Source: Vicugna vicugna
Lineage: Eukaryota
Assembly: GCA_013265495.1 (NCBI GenBank)
Contig: MU057880.1
Coordinates: 1-64,000 of the forward strand
Length of the DNA: 64,000 bases
Reading direction: 5' to 3'
Shown here: one piece after another, positions 52,561 to 64,000 of the stretch
Position numbering within the stretch: position 1 is the stretch's first letter
How the letters are laid out: every line of letters starts with the position of its first letter
Program-made: the position numbers and the translations under genes
Notes under the pieces: model-generated
What the model was told of the DNA's origin: nothing
Databases searched by the model: none
What the model saw: only the letters and a program-made list of their open reading frames with translations

Positions 52561-53444
52561 GTGGAAGAGACAGTTGCTACGATGGGAAGAAACAGGTAAC
52601 AAGAGGGGTGGAGAGAAGAGACGAAAAATACTAACAAAAGGCAAACGTGTCAGGGAGCAGAGATAGCAGCTGAGATTAAAAACAGACACAGGAAAGAAAG
52701 TGACAGTCCCTGCCAGAAGTGACATGCAAGAGAAGAGCAGAATGCCGGCTGTGAGAATTCAGGGAAAAAAACCCACAAAAGACAAAGCACTTCTGCAGAG
52801 TAGGCATGGTCAGTACAACTTATAGGAGGAACCCCCTTAGGAAACATGCACTGTTTCATCTTGTGAAACATACCTAAGAGAGACTTTTTTTCTCAAATGG
52901 AGAAAATACCCAAGAAGCTATTCAAATAGGGCATCATCAAACCATGGAAACCTTAATAGGTTACTGTCCTACTGGTGCAGACATGAAGTCTGACAGGTGA
53001 TATTTTGTGGCGAGCTCAAAGTGCGCTGGAAAAGACATCTGTGCATCACCTCTCGATGTCAGCATAAGCATTTGCCTCTTGATTTTTATCTTCCCCTTTT
53101 CTTCTTTTTATCTTCTGTCTCCAGAATTTGTTTTATTTTTAGATTTTGTTGTATTTCAAAAAAGAGTGGTACACAGTTGAAACTTTTAATGTCTGGAGAA
53201 CATTTTAACTTACCATCTTAAGCTGCTCAAATCACGTCATTAAAATGTGTAACACTTTAAAATGACTAGTTTCTTTAGGTGTGGAAATGTGAGCCAAGTA
53301 TAGTTAAAATGTGTATCACCAGATGTGTGATTAGTTTAAGTGTGGAAAGAAGAGGAGAGATGTATTTTACATTCTTGAGGTGATTTGGTATTTTTTCAGC
53401 CCCCAGAGTTGTAGAAAAATACAAAACTATGTTTTTCTCTAAAA

Positions 53445-53670
53445 GTTAGATTTTGGTAACCAGGACCCTGCACTATGGTTTCTTGATTATTCTTCTCTCA
53501 TTTCTGCATTCCCTCCCTTCCCTGATTAGCAACGATTTGAATCTGCCCTTTGGAACTCAGGGAAAGTCAGGGAGGCTGAATGAAGCCTATTCCCTGCAAA
53601 AAAGAAATGGGGAACACAGCTTTGTGCCAGGGAGCACCCCCCAAGTTTCTGTTTGGTGTCAACTCCAACA
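53445..53670 (-). mobile_element. ERV1 LTR fragment
   Basis: 'ccctcccttccctgattagcaacgatttgaatctgccctttggaactcagggaaagtcagggaggctgaatgaagcc'. Confidence 0.7.
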
Positions 53671-53980
53671 AGACTGCATAGAGACAATGCTAAATGCAAC
53701 GGAAAATCAGCTATATCTTTCCTGAGTTGTCAAAAATAGCTGAGATGGTTCTTTCATTTGGTGCAGAAAGATAGACACCTGATTAAAATAGACATTCCTA
53801 ACGAGCTTCAGATGAGCTGCCCGTTGAAGCACAAGATCCTATTATAACATATTATATACTATTCGGATACGATGTGAATTTTCTTGAGTGAAGGGCAATG
53901 AAAATGTAATGACAGCTGACATTGTGAAAATACCTAATTTCTTAAGTGTATATTAAATAACAAGATGCTGTCAACGCATT

Positions 53981-54106
53981 TGTTAGGTAGTTTAGATAGA
54001 AATGAGCACTGAGCAGGGGGAGAGGAAGGGGGAAGGAACAATCCAGAACACAAGGAAACTGACCTGTCAATCAACTGGAGCACAGAGAACCTGAGTTGTC
54101 AATCAG

Positions 54107-54138
<32 letters not shown>

Positions 54139-54365
54139 GAAACCAGGCTATAAAAACAGGGAAAACAAAGGAATGGCGCCATTTTCCCTCTCTTGGATTG
54201 GCCCACTCCCAATTCTCAGGAGTGTACTATCTTTCACTATATTTTTTTACTTCACTAATAAAAATCTTTCTTATGTCATGCTTTTGGTCTCTCATCAAAA
54301 ATCTTTTTTTTTGGGGGGGGTCACTAAGAACTGAGGTAATTCTTATTTTCCTTTTCCCAGTAACA
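53981..54365 (+). repeat. 5' LTR
   Basis: Direct repeat of 57393-57751; TATAAAA at 54149-54155; AATAAA at 54257-54262; (TCAA)n tract at ~54100-54136. Confidence 0.95.
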
Positions 54366-54372
54366 TTAATTT

Positions 54373-54390
54373 TGGTGTCGTGACACGGAT
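54373..54390 (+). promoter_or_regulatory. Primer-binding site, tRNA-His-like
   Basis: TGGTGTCGTGACACGGAT against the His PBS TGGTGCCGTGACTCGGAT (16/18). Confidence 0.85.
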
Positions 54391-54795
54391 GGTGTACTTA
54401 AACCCAATCTTTCCTCCCTCATTTCCCTCTCCCTCCCTGAGGGCAGCCAGCAGAGCACAAGCTCCTGGGGCTGGTTGTGGCAGCTGAGCTGAGAATACAA
54501 GGCGTGGTAGGGTGACCAGCCACTGGCTAAACTGAAGATCATTCCAATCAGACCACGGAGACACCCAGCACATGGTATGACTGTGGCTGTTCCCCCCTTT
54601 GTGGAGTGGAGGCTGAGACATCAGCTTCCATCCCCGAATCAGGACCCTAGGGTGCTAGGCGCTGCTGATCCACGGCTACCCTCTAGGATGCGTTTGGTTG
54701 TGGACAGAGGCCCAGACGTCAGCCTAGTCCATGGGCTTTTCACCTTAGGACGCTAAGCTCTGAAAATCCCCCTGTATCCTCCCCTTGTTTTTCAG

Positions 54796-55197
54796 ATGGG
54801 AAACCAAGAGTCTATCCCTGCTGGGACTCCTTTGGGCTGCATATTGGCCAACTGGGACCATTTTAATCTACAAGCCCTCAAAAGAAAAACACTTATGTTC
54901 CTTTGTAATGTTGCTTGGCTACAATATCGACTTCCCTGCCAGGAAGCATGGCCTATAAATGGGAGCATAAACTCAACCATCTTGTTCCAGTTTGATCTCT
55001 TCTGTAAGAGACTAGGTAAATGGTCTAAAATACCATACACTCATATATTTTACTTACTGAGGGACACGAATGATCTCCTTGAAGGATGTAAGTTAACCAC
55101 TCAAGTAACAGTTACATCTAATAACCTACAGTCCCCGACACCCCCTAGAGAGGGGACTGTCCTAAACCTACACATTGCCCTGCTCTCCCTGCCATAA
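54796..55197 (+). pseudogene. gag: ERV gag matrix-domain ORF (133 aa; capsid largely deleted downstream)
   Basis: MGNQES...TPLGCILANWDHF...LKRKTLMFLCNVAWLQY...WPINGS...DLFCKRLGKWSKIPY is a HERV-H/W-type MA with an N-terminal Gly. A pyrimidine tract and CAG immediately precede the ATG. Confidence 0.9.
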
Positions 55198-55239
55198 ACC
55201 CCTCATTTCCCTCTTACTCAGGAAAGACACTGCCTTCAG

Positions 55240-55570
55240 GTAACTCTTGATGAAATGCTAAACATTGCTGCCACAGTTTTTTTGTAATCGAGGTCAGGGG
55301 CAAGAGGCCAAGGCTCAGGAGAAGGAAAAAAGGAAGGAGGCCAGGCCTGCCCAGATGATTGCAGACCTTCAAGGGCAGCCACTGTCCTTATGTACCCGGC
55401 CCCCAACAGCTCTAGGTAAGTCCAATGACAAGTGCAGCATCTGCTGCTGACCTGGTCGTTGGGCTAAGAAATGTCCCCATAAAGACAAACTTCCAAGATC
55501 TGCCTACTTTTGGTGTAACAAGCAAGGTCATTGGGTGGCCCTCTGTCCCTCAAGCCAAATGGCCCGTGGG
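55240..55570 (+). pseudogene. gag: gag C-terminus / nucleocapsid remnant with two degenerate zinc knuckles
   Basis: CSICC*PGRWAKKC (55433-55474) and YFWCNKQGHWVALC (55505-55546). Confidence 0.75.
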
Positions 55571-55599
55571 GGAGAACTGGCCTGTGACCTGCAGATGGT

Positions 55600-56740
55600 T
55601 GCCCCTCCAGTCAGCCCCAAAGCAAGAGATCTTTATCACTGGGCTGGAGCTGCGGGGACAAATGGGTGTGGCGAGTAGGATAATAACTTTTCTTTTGGAT
55701 ACCAGGGCCACCTACTCTGTTCTACCTTCCTTCTCTGGATGCTTCTCGTCTAGATTCTGTACTGTCATGGGAGTCACAGGTAAATCAGCCTTAAGATTCT
55801 TTACTCACCCCCTTTGTTGTTTAGGGGATGAACGCTCATTTATGAAGATGACCTACTTATCTGCTCCCTTACTTGAGAACAGGCCATCCAACAAGCTACG
55901 CAGACTCTTAACTTCTTGGCCAAGTGGAGATATACAGTTTCCAGGACCAAGGCCAAAATGGTCAAACAAGAGATCGCTTATCTAGGAGTTTCTCTGACTC
56001 CTGGAAATTGTAGCCTTTCTCCTGAAGGAATTCAGGGAATCTTACAACTCCCTAATCCCACTACTTGAAAACAGCTCAGGGCATTTCTCGGACTAACAGG
56101 TTACTGTTGGCTTTGGATCCCTAAATGTGGGTCTATAGCCCAAACTCTATATGACAGTTTAAAGGGTAAGATGACTCAGTACTTCTCCAGTGGGGTCCTT
56201 CCCAATGGAATGCAATGGAAGAATTAAAAAATCTCCTAGTAAGATCCCCAGCCTTGGGACTTCCACACTCCACAAGGCCTTTCCAGTTCTATGTTCATGA
56301 CAGAGAAGGAATAGCCTTGCAGATCCTCACCCAATGGCTGGGTCCTACCCAACAGCCTATGGGATACCTCTCCAAGCAGCTAGATCCCACTGCTCAAGGC
56401 TGACCTTCCTGCCTAAGGCTGTTGGGAGCCCTCTCCACTCTCCTGGAGGAAGCTTTCAAGCTCACTCTGGGAGCCCCTATACAAGCATATGCTAACCACC
56501 AAGTTTGTGATCTTTTAAAAGGCAAGGGACATTTCTGGCTCTCAGATCCTTGAAAACCTAGGTGTCACTGTCTCCATTTGTGGGACACTCAATCCTGCTA
56601 CACTGTTACCATCACCAGATGAGTCTCTTCCTTTTCACCTGTGTCATGAGACCCCATCCATTTCTCTAAGATCTAGAACAGATCTCACCGACCAACCCCT
56701 GGAAAACTGATGAGATCTGGTTCACTGACAGGAGCCACAT
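55600..56740 (+). pseudogene. pol: pro-pol remnant: protease, C-terminal RT, connection and start of RNase H; most of the RT N-terminus and IN are missing
   Basis: FLLDTRATYSVL (D at 55698), YEDDLLICS (55841), QLRAFLGLTGYC, SPALGLP...YLSKQLD...GxP, WFTD (56718-56729). Confidence 0.9.
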
Positions 56741-57054
56741 ATTCTTGTGAACCTCTCAGCGATCTGTGACTGCTTTTCAAGTGACACCCTGGTGAGACTG
56801 TCCCATCGCCCCAGGGGACTATGGATCCCTGTCAGATAAGCCTTTTTCTTAAATGTCTGTTGGTTCTAATCTTTTCTCTGTTAGGTCTCCCACCAAACTG
56901 TTTTAATACTAATTTAAAATGTATCTGACATTAGGGTCCTTCTTTCACTGTTCCTTTAGTTCACTGAACTAACACTCCACATCTGTCCTCCTAAGCCTAA
57001 ACCAATAGAAAACACAAAAATCAATTTTTTTTAAAGACAATTTTTCCATTTAAG

Positions 57055-57200
57055 TAGGTATGACCCTTGTTTGCCCCTTTCATTGCTTGGCTAGGATTAG
57101 CTCTATATATTTGACGTCTATCTTTTCAACCTTCTCATAAAATGTGTTTCTTCTCGTCTAGAGTCAAACTTCAAGTTTCCATACAGCAAGGTAATCAATC
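57055..57200 (+). pseudogene. env: env TM C-terminal remnant
   Basis: FNLLIKCVSSRLE (57125-57163) resembles the gamma-type TM cytoplasmic tail start. Confidence 0.6.
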
Positions 57201-57381
57201 ATTCAGCAAAGACAGCTTTTATACTAGCCCCTCGATGGACACTGGCCCTTCACTCACCACCTGCCCAGTGACGGCCAGATAGTCTGGGACCCCAACGAGC
57301 CCCACCAACACCCCAGATTAGCAGGAAGTAGCTAGAGCGGTCATCACCCTCTATGTCCCAAAGATTTGGGATCCTATGACT

Positions 57382-57392
57382 AGAGGGGGGAA
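57382..57392 (+). promoter_or_regulatory. Polypurine tract
   Basis: AGAGGGGGGAA immediately 5' of the 3' LTR TG. Confidence 0.9.
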
Positions 57393-57751
57393 TGTTAGGC
57401 AGTTTAGATAGAAATGAGCACTGGGCAGGGGGAGACAAAGGGAAAAGGAACAATCCAGAACACAAGGAACCTGATCTGCCAATTAGCCAGAGTACAGGGA
57501 TCAATCAGTTAATCAATCAATTAATCAATCAATTAGTTAATCGATGACAAAACCAGGATATAAAAGGAAAAATGAGTGAATGGCACCATCTTTCCTCTCT
57601 TGGATTGGCCCACTCCCAGTTCTCTATTTTTTTTTTTAACTTCACTAACAAAATTCTTGTTTATATCATGCTTTTTGTCTCTCGTCAAAAATCTTTTTTT
57701 GGGGGGTGACTAAGAACCAAGGTAATTCTTATTTTCCTTTTCCCAGTAACA
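57393..57751 (+). repeat. 3' LTR
   Basis: Direct repeat of the 5' LTR; poly(A) signal mutated to AACAAA (57647-57652). Confidence 0.95.
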
Positions 57752-57814
57752 CATTAAATTATAAAGTTAAAAAAAAATCAGCTTGTACCTTCTTGGTCCT
57801 TATCTAGGAATTGC

Positions 57815-58040
57815 AAGGCCCTGAAGCAGTGTGGATAATGGTTAAAAACTTAGGCAAGGGAGTCAGTCAGATCTTGGTTTGAATCTGTTTCACCACTTTC
57901 GTTAGCTTTATGATAGTAATTTTGTTATTCACTCCTTCTGGGCCTCAGTTTTCTTATATTTAAAGGAGGATGGCACCTCCCACTTAGGAATGTTACACAG
58001 ATGTGGTGTATAAGGCACATCGCACCATACTTGGTACAGA
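57815..58040 (+). mobile_element. MIR remnant
   Basis: 'gagtcagtcagatcttggtttgaatct...ctgggcctcagttttcttatatttaaa'. Confidence 0.75.
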
Positions 58041-58626
58041 GGCTTAGGGAATGGTCTTTTTCAACACTGTCATCATTCTTACTATTACCATGTTGTTCTG
58101 TTTTCTAAAGATAATTCTTTTAGGAGCTGAGTCATTTTTAGTATGACATAGGGCAAGTCCTTTAGCACTTGGAATATTTTGTTTGTTTGTTTCTGAAAAA
58201 TAAGAAAACTTCATGTTGGCCATGAAGTTTAAGTGACACAATGTAACAGGTGCTCAATAAATGTTAGCTTCTTTCTCTCCTCCAGGTTTTTTTTTTAATC
58301 AGGATTCATCATGGATTCCAAAATGGTAGTTGGTGTTGCATTTCCCTTCCTGGGTAATGAGTTTGCATTTTTTACAACAGAAATCTTGGGACCCAATTCT
58401 TAAGCAAGCCATGGTAATGCCAGTGACTCATGCTGCTATGGTTTATTTTGTGACACATATGTTTGAGGGGGTCATTCCTTTCAGGAATTCTTCCATGTTG
58501 CTTTCACGGACTTGTCTTTGGCGATTTACACAGTTTCTCCAAAGAAATTTTCCATTGTCTTCTTACCCAACGTCTCCTACCTGGCCAGGCAACTTAAACA
58601 TTCCTGTGACTGAGCCCCTTGGCATC

Positions 58627-59506
58627 TGACCAAGAGGAAGACATTTCCTTCTACCTTCCTAAGTTCTTCTGGCTGGCCTAAAAATTAAATTGACATGAGA
58701 CAGATTCATGGGAGAAAATCAAACAAAGTTTAATAACATGTATACATGAGAGAGACCCAGGAGACCTGAGTAACTCACCAAAATGATGAAGCCTTCACCT
58801 TAAATCCCAACCTTAGCTAAAGACAAAAGAGGATGTTGACGGGGAGGAAGGAATAGTTGCAGGAGGTAACCAGGAGCAGCACAGTAAACAAGGCTAAGGT
58901 TGTCACACAGATTTAGGCCAGTGCTTTCTCCATTGACAAGCGTTTTCGGGGCTTTTACTGCCCTTCTGTTCCTGGTCTATCAGGAGGGCCACCTGTACAA
59001 ATGGAGATTTCCTTTATAAATGTAAATGTTTCTTACAAAAGGGAAATTCCTACTCAGTTTGCAGAGTTTTTCCCAAGTCTGCTTGTTCTTAGAAAATACT
59101 AGCATAAAATAATTAATATGACAAAATGATGAAGCCTTCACCTTAAATCCCAACCTTAGCTAAAGACAAAAGAGGATGTTGACGGGGAGGAAGGAACAGT
59201 TGTGGGAGGTAACTAGGAGCAGCACAGTAAACAAGTCTAAGGTTGTCACACAGATTTAGGCCAGTGCTTTCTCCACTGACAAGCGTTTTCAGGGCTTTTA
59301 CTGCCCTTCTGTTCCTGGTCTATCAGGAGGGCCACCTGTACAAATGGAGATTTCCTTTATAAATGTAAATGTTTCTTACAAAAGGGAAATTCCTACTCAG
59401 TTTGCAGAGTTTTTCCCAAGTCTGCTTGTTCTTAGAAAATACTAGCATAAAATAATTAATATGCCAAAGAGATATCTTGGGGGGTGGCAAATTCTGCTCC
59501 ATGACA
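58627..59506 (-). mobile_element. ERV1 solo LTR containing a 343-bp tandem duplication
   Basis: TG...CA termini; flanks CATC/GATC. Copies at 58779-59121 and 59122-59464 are nearly identical. Confidence 0.85.
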
Positions 59507-59562
59507 GATCGTAATCCTGCAGTTGTTTGACCTGTTTAATTCTAGTGACTTTCAGTCTCCAT

Positions 59563-59587
59563 TACACACACACACACACACACACAC
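59563..59587. repeat. (CA)n microsatellite
   Basis: Direct. Confidence 0.95.
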
Positions 59588-60442
59588 CCTATTTGGCTTG
59601 GAAGTAATTCAACCTTGTTCTTCCCAAACTTACCCCTCATGCTACAGTTTTCTTCTCCACTAACATCACCATGTAGTTGCATACCCCCGGAGCCATCCTT
59701 AATTCCTTCACCACCACTCTTCCCAAATCAAATCAGTGACTGGACTCTGTCAGGCATTTGTAAAAACTTAGCTCCCAAGCCTATTCTCTCCTTTTCAGCA
59801 CCTTTCCTACTGTCTGAGATTGAGCTTTATTATTTCTTGTTTTTGTTTTGTTTTTAATCTCAACAACGTTTAAGCTGAACTTACTAGCTCCATGATCAGA
59901 CTCCTAAGAGCCATCCTTTACGTAACTAGAGAGCATAACTTTGGAACTAAAACTTTTGAGCAAGTGCCCGTCAACTTTAGGATAAGATCCAAATATTGCA
60001 CAGTACACAAAGGCTTCACACCACGTCTCTAACCCTTCTGCTCTCTCTCTTCCCATCTCTCAGGAATAGGCTTTGTTCCTGAGAATCATTTGTTTGGAAT
60101 CATTTGTTGATCTCAAATATCATTGTACTTGAAACATTAGTTGACTACACATATTGTCTCTTCCTAGAGTATTACCTCTTTAGAACAAGAACTCTCTGTC
60201 TCTGTCCCTGTGTGTGTATCTGCCTCCCCCAACTTAATATCCACAGTGCCTTGAAACGTTTATGGAACTAAATAGATTGTAGAGTAAATAACTGAGTTAT
60301 TAAGTGAATATATGAATAGATGACTGTCAGCAGGTTATGGTCTATACAATAATAAAAAGACAAACTATTTTGCTTTTCATGAGCATATTATTTTACAGAT
60401 TTGTAAGGAATATACATTAATAATTATTATAAAAGATGAAAA

Positions 60443-61408
60443 TGTTGACAAAATCAAAAGCACAACATAAGAGTTGTGAGTTCAGTTTTATTTGGGGACT
60501 TACGGAGAACGATAGCCCAGGAGACGGCCTCTCAGATAGCTCTGAGGAACTGCTCCATAGAGGTAGGGGGAGGTCAGTACATGTGTGACTGGGGAAAGGG
60601 GATACATGTGTTCATCTCAGTAGAAGCTTGCTGCTAGAAAGGAGGAGCAGATGTCTCTGTTAACGATTTTAGTGCTTTTCTAAGCATAAGAAAATGCAAG
60701 AAATTGGGCTAATAAATCTTCTGCTAAAAAACATCTAACTATCTGAAGGCTTGTTCTGCCAGTTTTCCCAGAGCAAAGACTGCCTCATCTCCACCCTGAA
60801 CTCCTTTCAGGGTGTCTCAAAGGCGTTGACTGAAAAAACAGTGCATGACCTGCCAGTTAAGAACTATGTTTTATTTGACAGACTTACTGCAGACTTCAAG
60901 CCTGGGAGACAGTCTCTCAGACTGGTTTAAAGGACTGCTCCAAAGAAGCAAGGGAGGAGCCAGGATGAGTTTTTGTGACAAAGACCGGATAGAACATCAA
61001 AAAATTACTGTTAATTAGGGAAAACCAGATATCTCAAGTTAAGGAATTTAGTATTTTTCTATGTATGGGATGGTGGAAAGGTCTGGGCTCATTGAAATCA
61101 TTCCTTTGATGTGCACCTTAACTGTCTAGGGCCAGTGTCCTGTTCTTTCCCATCCTGAGTCTCCTCAGTGGGCACCACTGTGGGTGGAAGCAGAGGCTGG
61201 GCTGCCTGCTTCTCCGCATCCTGAGTTCCCTCCTGCTCCTCGTTGGGGCGGCAGAAGTGGCTGGTGGTTGATGGCTGCAGCATCCTTTCTTTACTGATAC
61301 AGCAGGCAATATATTTTTATTCACAATGTCAGCAACTTCAGCGACCAACTTTCTGTAGTTTGCAAAAGTCCTATGTTCCAAATGATAGATATAGATAAAT
61401 TGTCAGCA
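60443..61408 (-). mobile_element. ERV1 (MER41-like) LTR with a related LTR nested at ~60825-61325
   Basis: Two similar ends 'tgttgacaaaatcaaaagcacaac...gttttatttggggactta' and 'gttgactgaaaaaacagtgca...gttttatttgacagactta'. The outer element appears to resume at 'gtcagcaacttcagc' after 61325. Confidence 0.7.
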
Positions 61409-64000
61409 GCTTGGAAAGAGGGAGTTTTTACTCTTTTCCTGGAAGACAAAATGATATGAGAGCAGATAAGATTTTAGAATGAGATATTTGAGTTCAGCCT
61501 TGAATGCTACGTACACTTTGATCATAAAGAAACAGGGGTGGATTGTTCTAGCATGAACCCCCTTCTCCCCACCCTCCCCTGCTGTCGAGGACCCTGGTTA
61601 CTCCGTTGGGTAACTGAGGTATTGAAATTTAAACAAGGGAAGTGGACAATAAGGCAAGTTGGGTTCAGACTGTGAATTCCATTCAATTTTATGCTAAGGA
61701 ATTGGAACACTTACAGGTAGACAGTTAAAATAGCTTTATGTCTCATTGTGACAAATGTGTCACTTTCTTTGAAGGAATAAATTAAATAACATTGTTTAAA
61801 AAATGTACCATTTCACAGTAATCAATAGCCTAGCATCCTGTAATAAACATTCTGTCACTTGAAATTCATCTTACTGCTTGTCTCTGACAGACCGGGGCTG
61901 CTTCAGGTACCTCGTCCCCACAGACTTTCCGGGAACTTTTCTTCAGTTAAATTATATGGGTGACCTAGGATTCTATCTCAGAGAGATTTCTTTAAATTTC
62001 ATACACATTTTTATTCCAAATACATTAACGTCAGAAACACCATCCAGCTTTGAGACTCAAAAAGTATAAATGATTGTGCTAAAGAGCCGAGACATACTTG
62101 TACCCTTTATGTCCTAATCCTGCCACTTCCTTTCCACTAACTGGATGGATTCAACCAGCTTCTTAAACAACACTGCCACCTTCCTGACCTAAATATAATT
62201 CCTTTCCAGCACATCAGCCCCATGTCTTAGATGAACATGTACTGATTAAAATTTAATGTGTATTCTGTCATTTTATTCATGTCTTCTTTCTCTTTAATCA
62301 GTCTGTTACATTTTGATGTTTTGAGTAGGTGAATAAGAAGCTGCTTTATTAATATTTCCTAGCTCATCAAGCATTCTAAGTGCAAAGTGAATCCCAGCTT
62401 GCAAATCTAAAAGAAATACAAGACAGGCTAATTGCTGGAAATAGGGTACGGAGATGGGGGCCAGTGAGGGGAGGGGATGTTTTAACTCATGTTCTAATAG
62501 ATCTAAGAAGGTTGGAACCTAATTTCTGGAAAGATCAAACTATATTTATAACAATAACTAACCTTCACTAATTTCTATATACCTGAAACTTGTTAAGTTC
62601 TTTAAACTGATTGTCCTTTTAAGACTCTCATAAATTCAATACTGTGGGTACTGTCTTTAGACTAGCAATCAAGACGGTGATTGTAGAGTGAGTTTTCCCA
62701 ACAATGACCATGTCCCACATTTATAACCCACGATTGATGGTGATAGCCAGGGTTCCCAAGGCCTTGTGGAAACTAAATTGGAATTTGCATGATACCTGCT
62801 TCTTATACCTCTTGCCTTCTATGCTTGACTTTGAACCTAGATATAAAAGGCTGAAGACACATTGTTTGAAAGGAGATGAGTTTTCCACAGACATCAGGCT
62901 GCTGACAAGGCAAATCTACCAAAACCATGAACGGCAGCAAACTATAGCTTTAGCCGCTATTGGAAGGAATTCCAAATATTATTCGTTTGGAAATAAGATG
63001 ACTATTTCCATGCTATCTGTTGAATTACATATGGAAACTTGAATGCAAAGTCCTAGATGATATTAAAGTGTAAGCAGGAGGAACAGTAAGGAGCTGAATG
63101 GTGGACAAAAAGAGGTCCCAGCCACCTTGAATACAACCTTGGCGGGCTGGGTTGAGGAAGCGGAAGATCTGCGCCTTCCAGTCTCCTCTGCAGCTGAGAA
63201 CAGGCATCTCCCCTTTTCAGCACTCACTTGCCTCGGCTCTGTTTCCCTACAAAGCACATTTGGCAGATAAATGAGCTGCGGCCCAGGAAGGAGCTAAACC
63301 AATTTCTGAAGAGTATATAGTACCATGGGTTTCTGGGTTCTGAACATCACTTACCTCTCAAGATTTGGGTGTTAAGATGCAGCCAAAGAGAGTACAGAAA
63401 GGAATTATTAAAATAGAGTAAGTCTCTTGTTGGTTTTTGTTCTGTGATACAAAAGATTTTTAAGTTCAATTAGGCGTGGGAATGATAATTGTAGGATATA
63501 AATCTAGGTTCATAAAAAACAGAGATATCTTTGTATTTATCAGTTATCTACCTGGAAGCAAACAGTACATATCCAGATATGTAGCTGAAAGTCCTGTAAA
63601 TTGGGTTGCAATTCAGTGACGCCAAGATTCTTGTCCCTATAAAGACGCTTGCGTCTCCAATAGCATGCTGGCATTTTTTAACCTGGCATTTTTAAATGCA
63701 GAGATACTGTAAGTTATAATTACACTCTGAAAAAGAAGTAGATATCAATCAGAAGCAGCTCAAGAAAAAGAGTCCAAGCTCCAAGAAACCTTGCAGGTCA
63801 CTTTTTATTTCTATTTTAAGCTCATTGTTCCTTCCTAGAAACACAATCACTCACATAGATTAGCTCTGCTGTGTCACCAAGTTCAATATTACCGACTCTC
63901 AGAAGGGTTCCTCCTGTGAACTTGATCACTCAATGAAATATTTACATATTCAGTTACCAGTGTGATGGGTTTAATTAAAACTTGAGTATCTTTATTTTTT

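Larger units (their letters stand above)
53981..57751 (+). mobile_element. Internally deleted class I (gamma-like, HERV-H/W supergroup-like) provirus with two LTRs
   Basis: LTRs at 53981-54365 and 57393-57751 (TG...CA). A 4-bp TSD CATT lies at 53977-53980 and 57752-57755. PBS, PPT and gag/pro/pol/env remnants are present. Confidence 0.95.

Noticed and set aside
55425..55985. Longest ORF in the track (186 aa) as a functional gene
   Set aside because: Only the middle is in the protease frame, the DTG motif is mutated to DTR, and the flanks are out-of-frame gag/pol. It is an ERV remnant.
142..63257. Remaining 60-125 aa ORFs in the six-frame track
   Set aside because: They are of the size expected by chance in 64 kb, many overlap repeats or low-complexity DNA, and none resembles a protein I recognise.

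Overview
Mammalian, AT-rich, repeat-dense genomic DNA with no convincing host protein-coding exon. It is most likely camelid, inferred from tRNA-Ala-derived SINEs and a recurring L1 3' end. Most of the window is interspersed repeats: L1, HAL1, L2, MIR, MaLR/ERVL/ERV1 LTRs, SINEs, and a 3.8-kb internally deleted two-LTR class I ERV with a tRNA-His-like PBS (53981-57751). The stand-out is a ~3.1-3.6 kb stretch with no recognisable repeats on the minus strand (~7.55/8.04-11.16 kb). Hand translation across stops and frameshifts gives motifs of the C-terminal half of a negative-strand RNA virus L protein (end of the capping domain, connector, cap methyltransferase, CTD), in the expected order and spacing. 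This is a candidate degraded non-retroviral endogenous viral element that does not look bornaviral. It rests on motif recognition by eye and needs a profile search. Repeat family names come from recognition of consensus-like sequence, not from a database search, and most boundaries are approximate.
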